Source: Opitutales bacterium
GTDB taxonomy: Bacteria; Verrucomicrobiota; Verrucomicrobiia; Opitutales; PNEW01
Assembly (NCBI GenBank): GCA_965219535.1
Contig: CBDCNV010000002.1
Location: forward strand, 600,001 to 632,000
Direction: 5' to 3'
Length of the DNA: 32,000 nucleotides
Below the pieces are notes generated by a model, which was not told where the DNA came from, made no database searches, and saw nothing but the letters and a program-made list of their open reading frames with translations. The position numbers and the translations under genes are program-made. Position 1 is the first letter of the stretch. Each line of letters starts with the position of its first letter. Positions 1-7,691 of the stretch are shown here, one piece after another.

Positions 1-912
1 ATGCTTTGTTCTGATGATAAGCATCCTGATAATCTCGTCGAAGGGCATATTAACGTTCTCGTGAGAAGAGCTATCGCAATAGGAATTGATCTTTACAAAG
101 TTCTTGCCGCTGCATGCATCAATCCTGTTGAGCATTATGGATTAGAGGTAGGTCTTTTGGAAGAGGGGGACTTTGCGGATTTTATTGTCGTAAATAACCT
201 GAAAGATTTTCAAGTAAGCAAGACATACATCAACGGGCATTGTGTAGCGGAGGACGGGAAACCTAAAATCGATTCAGTGAAAAATGAAATAATTAATAAC
301 TTCAATGTAGGCTACAAAAGTGTTCATGACTTTCAGATTCGCGCAGCTGGAAGCCATGCCCATGTCATCGAAGCGCTGAATGGACAAATCATTACTAAGA
401 GCGAGGTGCTCGCGGTTAAGAATCAATCGGGTCACGCGATAGCTGATAGTGAAAATGATATGCTTAAAATTACGGTTGTTAACCGCTACGAAGATTGCGA
501 ACCATCAGTTGCATTCATTAAGAATTTTGGATTGAAAGAGGGCGCTATCGCTTCCTCGGTTGCTCACGACTCTCACAACATCATCGCGGTCGGTGTCGAC
601 GACGATTCACTCTGTAAAGCGGTAAACATGCTCATTAAAGCCAAGGGGGGAATTTGCGCGGTAACGCCGAGTAAGGAAAAATTATTATCCCTGCCGGTAG
701 CCGGATTAATGACAACGCAAGACGGGTATGAAGTTGCCAATAGCTACACAGAAATAGACAAAATGGCCAAGGAAATGGGAAGTAAACTCGACTCACCCTT
801 TATGACGCTATCCTTTATGGCCCTTCTCGTTATTCCCTCCCTAAAACTTAGTGACCTCGGCCTCTTCGACGGTGAACAGTTCACCTTTAGCGAATTGTTC
901 GTTAATAAATAA
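1..912 (+). CDS. ade: adenine deaminase, C-terminal ~300 aa (5' end lies upstream of the window)
   Basis: The frame is open from base 1 to TAA at 910-912. Motifs SDDKHPDNLVEGHIN and SSVAHDSHNIIAVG match the amidohydrolase-type adenine deaminase family as I know it. The leading M in the ORF track is a window-edge artefact. Confidence 0.8.
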   Translation: MLCSDDKHPDNLVEGHINVLVRRAIAIGIDLYKVLAAACINPVEHYGLEVGLLEEGDFADFIVVNNLKDFQVSKTYINGHCVAEDGKPKIDSVKNEIINNFNVGYKSVHDFQIRAAGSHAHVIEALNGQIITKSEVLAVKNQSGHAIADSENDMLKITVVNRYEDCEPSVAFIKNFGLKEGAIASSVAHDSHNIIAVGVDDDSLCKAVNMLIKAKGGICAVTPSKEKLLSLPVAGLMTTQDGYEVANSYTEIDKMAKEMGSKLDSPFMTLSFMALLVIPSLKLSDLGLFDGEQFTFSELFVNK

Positions 913-962
913 ATGTAAGTGTTGAAATTCGAATAATAATTTTTTTAAAAATATATCTAAAA

Positions 963-1787
963 ATGGCAGAATCAATCCCACTTATAGAGTATCATGACCT
1001 TGAGAGTCAGGTCAAAGCGATGGAGCGAGATGGTTATGCCTATTTTCCTAATGTCCTGAATGCGGAGGAAATTGCGGAACTGAAAGCTGGTTTAGATGCC
1101 TTGGAACCAATTGAGGAGAATTTCGATTATTATAGTACCCCCGAAAAGGTCGTATATGGTAATGATCCGAATCAAAAATTTTTACAAAAACACATTAAAA
1201 ACATTTTTAATCACAACGTCCTTTTTTTGAAATACATTGACCGGTCTCCAGTGATTGAATTGACAGAGGCGATACATGGTGAGGAGTGCCATATCATTGG
1301 CCAGACTGGATGGGTAACCGGACAAGGTCGACCCGATCAAAATCTACATGTCGACTGGCTTCCCGTGCCACTACCCGAGGAAGTTATGAGCAATCCAAAG
1401 GTTAAAGTACCCCTCTTTATTTCGACCGCGCACTTTTATCTGGATGATATCGACGAAGAGATTGGTCCAACAAAGTTCGTTCCTGGCAGCCATCGATCAG
1501 GTCGGCCACCGAATGGAGACACCACCTGGAATGCAGTTGAAGAACAGAGCATTCACTGCAAAGCGGGTGATGTCGTTCAGTTCAGGAGCGAAGTTTGGCA
1601 TCGCGGTTCTGCGAACAAAAGCAACAGAACCCGTTATCTCATGCAAGTACACTACTCACATCGAATGATTACACAGAAGTTTCCGCCTTACCCTCACCGT
1701 TTCAGATTTAATGAATCCATTTTAGCTCAATCCACACCTCGCCAGCGACGCCTTCTGGGCGAGCACAAACCGTCTAATTACGATTAG
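963..1787 (+). CDS. phytanoyl-CoA dioxygenase (PhyH) family Fe(II)/2-oxoglutarate dioxygenase
   Basis: 274-aa ORF with a PhyH-like pattern: NLHVDW, FVPGSH, VWHRGSAN (His-x-Asp ... His facial triad plus Arg/Ser). Confidence 0.8.
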   Translation: MAESIPLIEYHDLESQVKAMERDGYAYFPNVLNAEEIAELKAGLDALEPIEENFDYYSTPEKVVYGNDPNQKFLQKHIKNIFNHNVLFLKYIDRSPVIELTEAIHGEECHIIGQTGWVTGQGRPDQNLHVDWLPVPLPEEVMSNPKVKVPLFISTAHFYLDDIDEEIGPTKFVPGSHRSGRPPNGDTTWNAVEEQSIHCKAGDVVQFRSEVWHRGSANKSNRTRYLMQVHYSHRMITQKFPPYPHRFRFNESILAQSTPRQRRLLGEHKPSNYD

Positions 1788-1931
1788 TTCTACCCCCCCG
1801 CTCCGACTCTTATTTACTCAGGCATGGCTTAAAAATAAAACAAAATAAATTAAGCCACTTTCGAATATTACTTACATAGTGTAACTGATTCCCTACTATA
1901 GAGTTTAATAAATTAGTAGAGAATTTAGATA

Positions 1932-2933
1932 ATGAAAGTATTTTCCCCATCGGCTTTTTTCTTTTTTTCGGGTGTGTGCATCTTGTTCCTATCTGCGTAC
2001 GCAATAGATGCAAAAAAGTCCCCTCGGAAACCTCGGGTAAAAGTGATCGAAACGGGTGACATACTCATTGATAAGCTCTATCCATCGATGACCGGCCCTT
2101 ATGAACGTGTCCCCGTAGACACGTCGGATCTCGACTTAATTACCGGATTTAAAACTGAGGTGATTGACGCGGGGTCGGGACAAAAAATGGGGGAAGAATT
2201 TTTCTGCCACAGTCAATTGCAGATTGCGAAATTGGACCGCTTAATTGTAGGCGCTACGGGCATGGCGAATATACAATTTCCGGACGGATTCGGCATGCCG
2301 ATGAAGGAAATAATTAGTCAGCATGCAAACAGCAATGAAGGGCTCTCTTTGTTGGGGATGGTTCTTAACAATCACGAAATGAATATTCACAGGAATGTTA
2401 AAATTCGCACGACGATTAATTATTGGAATAACGAAGACCTGATTCATCTACCAAATTTTAAAAAGTTGCACATGTTTCAAATTCCCATGGCCGTTGAAGA
2501 ACTCGATGTAAGTGAAGGGTATACTGCGAATCTTACAGCCAATAGTGATGTTACAACCCATTGTGTTCTGGTCCAGGGGATGAAAGAGCATTGGCTTGTC
2601 CCTCCCGGACCTCAATTGACACGGCGACAATTTACAGAAGGTGTTACCCATGTCAGTTTAAGCATTCATTTTGCGGTGGTGCATTTACATAACCATGGGC
2701 GGTATATGAGAATAACCGATCTGACAGATGGAAAAATACTCTGGCAGACAGATGTGATCTATGAACCCAATCGGGAGCAAATTGCACAGATACCAGTCTA
2801 TTCCAGTGTCGAAGGCTTTCCCATATATAATGATCATATATATGAGATAGAGACTTACTACGACAACACGTCGGATAAGACGGTCGATGCCATGGCCGCG
2901 ATGTATATTTTTTATCGTCTCCTGGAGGGATAA
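1932..2933 (+). CDS. secreted protein with a C-terminal half resembling the copper type II ascorbate-dependent monooxygenase (PHM/DBH) C-domain
   Basis: N-terminal signal peptide (MKVFSPSAFFFFSGVCILFLSAYA). LVPPG ... FAVVHLHNHG ... DAMAAMYIFY parallels PHM VIPPG ... YRVHTHHLG ... DEMCNLYIMYY (the HxH and Met CuM ligands). The coding call is firm; the functional call is tentative. Confidence 0.5.
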   Translation: MKVFSPSAFFFFSGVCILFLSAYAIDAKKSPRKPRVKVIETGDILIDKLYPSMTGPYERVPVDTSDLDLITGFKTEVIDAGSGQKMGEEFFCHSQLQIAKLDRLIVGATGMANIQFPDGFGMPMKEIISQHANSNEGLSLLGMVLNNHEMNIHRNVKIRTTINYWNNEDLIHLPNFKKLHMFQIPMAVEELDVSEGYTANLTANSDVTTHCVLVQGMKEHWLVPPGPQLTRRQFTEGVTHVSLSIHFAVVHLHNHGRYMRITDLTDGKILWQTDVIYEPNREQIAQIPVYSSVEGFPIYNDHIYEIETYYDNTSDKTVDAMAAMYIFYRLLEG

Positions 2934-2957
2934 ATCGAATATTCTTAATCGAATTAT

Positions 2958-3887
2958 TCACCCATTATTGCTTACATGTTTGTCTCTGACGACGTATAAA
3001 TTTTCTGTTTTTACTTCGAACAATGAGCGCTGCTCATTTGAAATAATCAAACTGTCATCGTAAAAGCAGATCCCTTCGCATATCTTTCCGTTTTTAATAG
3101 GCAGCCATGAGATATTGCCATTAAAATAATCGTCTGAACTATCATGTGATTCAAATAGCCAAACCGCACGATAAGTAAGAACCGCTATTTTAGTTCCGTC
3201 CGAATTGGCGTCAGCCGCAGTTACCTGGCTGCGAATATTAAATGATGAAATTAATGTCAGCACATTTACTGCGTCAGCTTTTGTAGAATCAAATCGATAT
3301 AACTTAGTGTAGTCATCTGCTCTATTTTTACTTAGTATATATAGCTTATCCTTTGCGTAGAATAACGCTTCCGCGTCAAAATTACGCTTCTTAGCCGGAA
3401 ACTCTTTTTGGTCCGGGTAGACAAAAGGTATTTTGAAAAGTATCCTCGTATTGTATCTTTCGTATGGATTGGGCTCAGGCAGAATATAGATCGCTAAGTC
3501 ACGCCTCGCATTGCCGTTGTTTCCAAACGCCCCGATAATTAGGTTATTGTATTTATCGATCGCAATATCTTCCCAGTCGACATTGACGGCATCGAGTAGG
3601 ATAACGCCCTCGTAGGGTTGATCACTCCATGAAGGAGATATAATACTCCCATCTTTTTTCACCGGAAAAATCCGCGCGCTATCTCCGGAGTCATTGTGAG
3701 TCCATAATACTTCCGGCCAGAGTCTGCTTCTAACGATTCCCGATGACTCTACTATAGGTGCGAATTTCAAGTTACCGCATACCTTTAGATCAACAGGTGA
3801 TACATCGGGTAACGGTATCGAATCATTCGCGTATCCCAATGAGATGAGAAAAAAGATGGAGATGAATAATAATAGGGACCTTATCAT
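2958..3887 (-). CDS. secreted hypothetical protein, beta-propeller-like
   Basis: 309-aa ORF with a signal peptide (MIRSLLLFISIFFLISLGYA). Repeated strand/turn motifs (THNDSGDS, DWEDIAID, FGNNGN, DAEALFY, ADANSDGT). I cannot name a family with confidence. Confidence 0.6.
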   Translation of the reverse strand: MIRSLLLFISIFFLISLGYANDSIPLPDVSPVDLKVCGNLKFAPIVESSGIVRSRLWPEVLWTHNDSGDSARIFPVKKDGSIISPSWSDQPYEGVILLDAVNVDWEDIAIDKYNNLIIGAFGNNGNARRDLAIYILPEPNPYERYNTRILFKIPFVYPDQKEFPAKKRNFDAEALFYAKDKLYILSKNRADDYTKLYRFDSTKADAVNVLTLISSFNIRSQVTAADANSDGTKIAVLTYRAVWLFESHDSSDDYFNGNISWLPIKNGKICEGICFYDDSLIISNEQRSLFEVKTENLYVVRDKHVSNNG

Positions 3888-4090
3888 TTGAGATATATTT
3901 ATTTCCCGATTTCCATGTGTCTTTGCGAGATCGATAAGGTGAAGGTAGATATTTACTTTCCAAGTGAGGGATGTCGAGCTTTGCTCTCGGTATTCGTTTG
4001 TCGATTGGTATTTGAAACCCGTGAAAATAGCATGTTTTTAAATTTTAGTGATTAGGATATTTGTAGACACGCACATTGCAAACACCCTAT

Positions 4091-4197
4091 TGTCATTGCG
4101 AAGGAGGCGATAGCTGACTGCGGCAATCCAGGGGGCTGTCAATACGCGTCCGACATTCCCCTGGATCGCCACGGCTGACAAGCAGCCTCGCGATGAC
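4091..4197. repeat. long imperfect palindromic intergenic element with TGTCATTGCG / CGCGATGACA ends
   Basis: The left arm 4091-4135 (tgtcattgcgaagg...ggcaatccaggggg) pairs with the right arm 4157-4197 (tcccctggatcgcc...cctcgcgatgaca). The outer stem and the inner stem (each ~13 bp) are separated by an internal loop. Confidence 0.6.
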
Positions 4198-4230
4198 AAA
4201 AGGAATCAATCGACAATCGAAAATCGAGCG

Positions 4231-7200
4231 GTGAGAAAAATTTTCAAACTCATTCTCTTTCTTCTACTAGCGGTTTGCGGGTTGTATGGACTACTCCATT
4301 TTTGGGCGGGGGTTTGCAAACCGAAGTTGGCTTTGGAACCGATTCAATACCGCCAGGAGCTGATCGAAGAAACCGAAGAGTTGCGTGACGTCAGTTTCGG
4401 CTCTGAAGACCTATACGCGATCCAGCGGGATGTCGACTATAGTGAAGGCGAGTCTGCAGGGTGGTACCCAAAAAGCGAGTCACCCATCCTCGCCGAATTA
4501 GTCAAAGAGGGAAAGCTACCGCCGGTCGCGGAGCGGGTGGGACCTGAACCGGTAGTGATAGAAGGGGTAGATGGGGTCGGTAATTACGGTGGCACCTGGT
4601 TAGGTGTTTTAAACAACCCGGTCAATGTTCAAACATTGGTCCGATCCTGGAATTCAGGGTCGACCCTGGTGCGCTGGTCACCTCTCGGTTATCCGATTGT
4701 GCCTCATGTTGCCAAGGGTTGGAAAGCTTCACCAGACCGTAAAGAGTGGACGATCTATCTTCGCAAGGGAATGAAATGGTCAGATGGTCACCCCTTCACT
4801 GCGGATGACATTCTCTACTGGTGGAATTATGAAACCAAATTTACAGAAAAGACCTTGCACTTATGGATGCATACGGCAGGTCAATCGGGGGAGATTATAA
4901 AAATTGATAACCACACGGTAAAATATGTTTTTCCAGTAGCACACGCGTTGTTTCTGGAACATTTGGCGACCTCGTTCATCTTTTGCTCGCCTCGTCATTA
5001 TATGGAAAAATATCATCCAGATATCGGTGACAATGAACTGATTGAGGCCGAGATGAAGGCGAGAAATATTCCCACGCGGCGCGGTCTTTATGTGGAGTTG
5101 CGACTTTACGACAACCCCGAACATCCCCGCCTTTGGCCCTGGCTTTATCGCACTTATAAGGCCAACCCGCCGCGATCATACGTACGCAATCCCTACTACT
5201 GGGCTGTAGATAGCGAGGGTAACCAGCTTCCCTATGTAGACCGTATTTTACTCGATGTAAAAAACACGGCACTGGTTCCGATCACTGCTGCTGAAGGTGG
5301 CATCACCATGCAGGCGATTAATATTTACTATTTATTTTACACCCTCTTCATGTCTCAGCGTGAGGAAAATAATTATGAAGTTTTACACTGGTATAGTTCA
5401 GGGGTTTCTGACTGGGCGTTTTTTCCCAATCTGAATCGTTACGTCGACCCCGACGATCCAAGAACGGATAAGAAATGGGAACTGCTTAATGACAAGCGAT
5501 TCCGCAAGGCGCTCTCCTTAGCGATTAACCGGCAGGATATCATTGATGCCATCTATGATGGAATAGGAGAACCGGCACAAGTAGCGCCCGGAAGAGATTC
5601 CTATTTTTACCACGAAGGAATGCAAAAAAGTTATACCGAGTATGATCCTGAACGCGCCAACCAGATATTTGATGAGATTGAATTAATGGGGCGTGACTCT
5701 GAAGGATATCGCACTTTCAAGGATGGGACACGTATGGTATGGTATCTGGACTTAATCCCCAACTTCGCCGATGGCCCGTCCTCCTTTATCATCGAAGACT
5801 GGAAAAAAGTCGGTATCCATGCGATTGAGCGGGAGATATCCTTCAATCTCTTTAATGTCGAACACCTTGTGCGTAAGCATGACTTTTTTGTCTGGGGTGA
5901 GGGTGGCGGATTCAATCCAGTCTTGAAGTCCTATGGATTCTTACCCATGTGGCAACAAGCGCTGGGTTATACTTATTGGTATGTGAACGGTGGGCTTTAC
6001 GGTAATCCCGAGGCGAAAAAAGAAGGCGGGGTTGAGCCACCGCCAGGACACTCGGTGCGGCGATGCATGGAATTGTTTGAAGCTGCACAACAGGCTCCCA
6101 CGCTTCAAGAGCAGAGGGAAATTATTCGGGAGGTCCAGGATATTATGGCTGAAGAGCTTTGGGTGATTGGCATCTCTTCGTCGGCACCAGATATTGGTAT
6201 CGTAAAGAAGGATTTCAAAAACGTTCCGCGCAAACTTATCTATGGGTACAATACTCCGTCCAATGGCGGCCCGGAAACTTTCTATTTCGAAAACCCGAAA
6301 GATTCTCCCGGAACGATTGCCCAGATAAAAAGAGAAATGACGGAGATCACGACGAGGGCAGATTTAAATAGAGCACAACCCATCGAAGGTGATAGAGTTA
6401 GTAGTGAGGCGATTGGCCGGATCATTCGCCACCTTTTCCTTGGTATTCTTGCCGCCGGCCTGATCCTTGTCGGAGTCAAACATCCCTACATTGGACGCCG
6501 CTTATTAATTATGCTCCCCACGCTGATTGTAATCTCAATTATTACCTTTATCATTATCCAGCTCCCGCCAAGCAATTTTATTGATAACAAGATTTTACAA
6601 GCACAAGTATCCGGCGACTATCAGTACATGATCGAAGCGGAGCAACTACGCGAGTTATTTCCTGTCGATGAGCCGATCTTAAATCAGTACGCGGATTGGT
6701 TGGGCCTTCCCTGGTTTCTATCTTTTAATACCGAAGATCGCGGTCTGATGCAAGGACATCTGGGCTTCTCCATGGAGAGCCGTAGACCGGTCAATGATGT
6801 GGTCGGCGATCGTATCCTGCTTACAGTCTTTATCTCGTTAGGTTCTATCCTCTTTACCTGGGCTGTTGCTCTGCCCGTAGGGATATATTCGGCTGTGCGT
6901 CAGTATTCATTTACCGATTATATTTTCACTCTCCTCGGATTCATCGGGATGTGTGTCCCCAGTTTTTTGCTCGCGCTCCTTATCATGTACTGGAGCAAAG
7001 TCTATTTTGATATCAGTATGACCGGTCTTTTCTCTCCGGAATACGCGGGGCAGTTGGAATGGAACAGAGGTAAAATTATTGATCTTTTGCAGCATATCTG
7101 GGTGCCGGTGGTCGTGTTGGGAATATCGGGTACCGCAAGCATGATTCGCGTGATGCGTGGCAACTTACTCGATGAACTAAAAAACCCTATGTTACGACCG

Positions 7201-7236
7201 CGATGGCGAAAGGCGTGCGACCGTTCAAGTTGCTGA
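4231..7236 (+). CDS. fusion of an ABC transporter family-5 (peptide/nickel type) substrate-binding domain to a DppB/OppB-type permease; the 3' end is frameshifted
   Basis: GTG start and an N-terminal TM anchor. The SBP_bac_5-like region includes WSDGHPFTADDILYWW. From ~aa 720 the sequence is permease-like (RRLLIMLPTLIVISIITFIIIQLPP, multiple TM segments). The reading frame breaks at the A-run 7179-7184, and the last ~17 aa of this ORF are out-of-frame junk. Confidence 0.8.
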   Translation: MRKIFKLILFLLLAVCGLYGLLHFWAGVCKPKLALEPIQYRQELIEETEELRDVSFGSEDLYAIQRDVDYSEGESAGWYPKSESPILAELVKEGKLPPVAERVGPEPVVIEGVDGVGNYGGTWLGVLNNPVNVQTLVRSWNSGSTLVRWSPLGYPIVPHVAKGWKASPDRKEWTIYLRKGMKWSDGHPFTADDILYWWNYETKFTEKTLHLWMHTAGQSGEIIKIDNHTVKYVFPVAHALFLEHLATSFIFCSPRHYMEKYHPDIGDNELIEAEMKARNIPTRRGLYVELRLYDNPEHPRLWPWLYRTYKANPPRSYVRNPYYWAVDSEGNQLPYVDRILLDVKNTALVPITAAEGGITMQAINIYYLFYTLFMSQREENNYEVLHWYSSGVSDWAFFPNLNRYVDPDDPRTDKKWELLNDKRFRKALSLAINRQDIIDAIYDGIGEPAQVAPGRDSYFYHEGMQKSYTEYDPERANQIFDEIELMGRDSEGYRTFKDGTRMVWYLDLIPNFADGPSSFIIEDWKKVGIHAIEREISFNLFNVEHLVRKHDFFVWGEGGGFNPVLKSYGFLPMWQQALGYTYWYVNGGLYGNPEAKKEGGVEPPPGHSVRRCMELFEAAQQAPTLQEQREIIREVQDIMAEELWVIGISSSAPDIGIVKKDFKNVPRKLIYGYNTPSNGGPETFYFENPKDSPGTIAQIKREMTEITTRADLNRAQPIEGDRVSSEAIGRIIRHLFLGILAAGLILVGVKHPYIGRRLLIMLPTLIVISIITFIIIQLPPSNFIDNKILQAQVSGDYQYMIEAEQLRELFPVDEPILNQYADWLGLPWFLSFNTEDRGLMQGHLGFSMESRRPVNDVVGDRILLTVFISLGSILFTWAVALPVGIYSAVRQYSFTDYIFTLLGFIGMCVPSFLLALLIMYWSKVYFDISMTGLFSPEYAGQLEWNRGKIIDLLQHIWVPVVVLGISGTASMIRVMRGNLLDELKNPMLRPRWRKACDRSSC

Positions 7237-7511
7237 TTAAGTATCCAGTGCGTATCGCCCTCAATCCATTTATTTCGGGGATAGGTGTATTGTTTCCCCA
7301 ACTCGTATCCGGTGGCGCGATTGTCGCGATGGTTCTAAGCCTGCCCACGATCGGCCCCATGATGCTCGAAGCGCTGATGACCGAAGACATGTACCTGGCA
7401 GGATCCATGCTGATGGTATTGAGTCTTCTCGGGGTGATGGGCACCCTCGTCAGCGATCTCCTGCTGATGTGGCTCGATCCGCGGATAAGGATGGAAGGCG
7501 GCGCGCGGTGA
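7203..7511 (+). CDS. C-terminal segment of the same permease (continuation in the -1 frame)
   Basis: This frame is open from 7176 and reads KKPYVTTAMAKGVRPFKLLIKYPVRIALNPF...LLMWLDPRIR. That is the conserved EAA-loop and C-terminus of DppB/OppB-type permeases, and it joins directly to ...MRGNLLDEL of the upstream ORF. Confidence 0.8.
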   Translation: MAKGVRPFKLLIKYPVRIALNPFISGIGVLFPQLVSGGAIVAMVLSLPTIGPMMLEALMTEDMYLAGSMLMVLSLLGVMGTLVSDLLLMWLDPRIRMEGGAR

Positions 7512-7601
7512 ACCGCGAGTCAAAATGTCCAAAGGTCAAAAAGTAAAAAAGGATATGCGTGAATGCGAGGTGGAACGTGCTGTCCCTAGCGCGTTTTCTT
7601 C

Positions 7602-7623
7602 GCAATGACAATTGGGTGATTGC
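7602..7623. repeat. small hairpin carrying the same CGCAATGACA word, between convergent genes
   Basis: gcaatgac-aattgg-gtgattgc forms arms with 7/8 complementarity. It shares the GCAATGACA core with the ends of the 4091-4197 element. Confidence 0.4.
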
Positions 7624-7691
7624 CATGAACACTAAGCACAATCGTACCAAGGGCGAAGCCCGACATCCTTCGTTTCGAAAATCGCCAATTG

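Noticed and set aside
2958-3887. Idea that the secreted protein convergent with the PHM-like gene is the PAL (lyase) partner, which would recreate a PAM-like pair
   Set aside because: Its sequence shows none of the PAL/NHL-repeat motifs I can recall. The propeller-like impression is generic.
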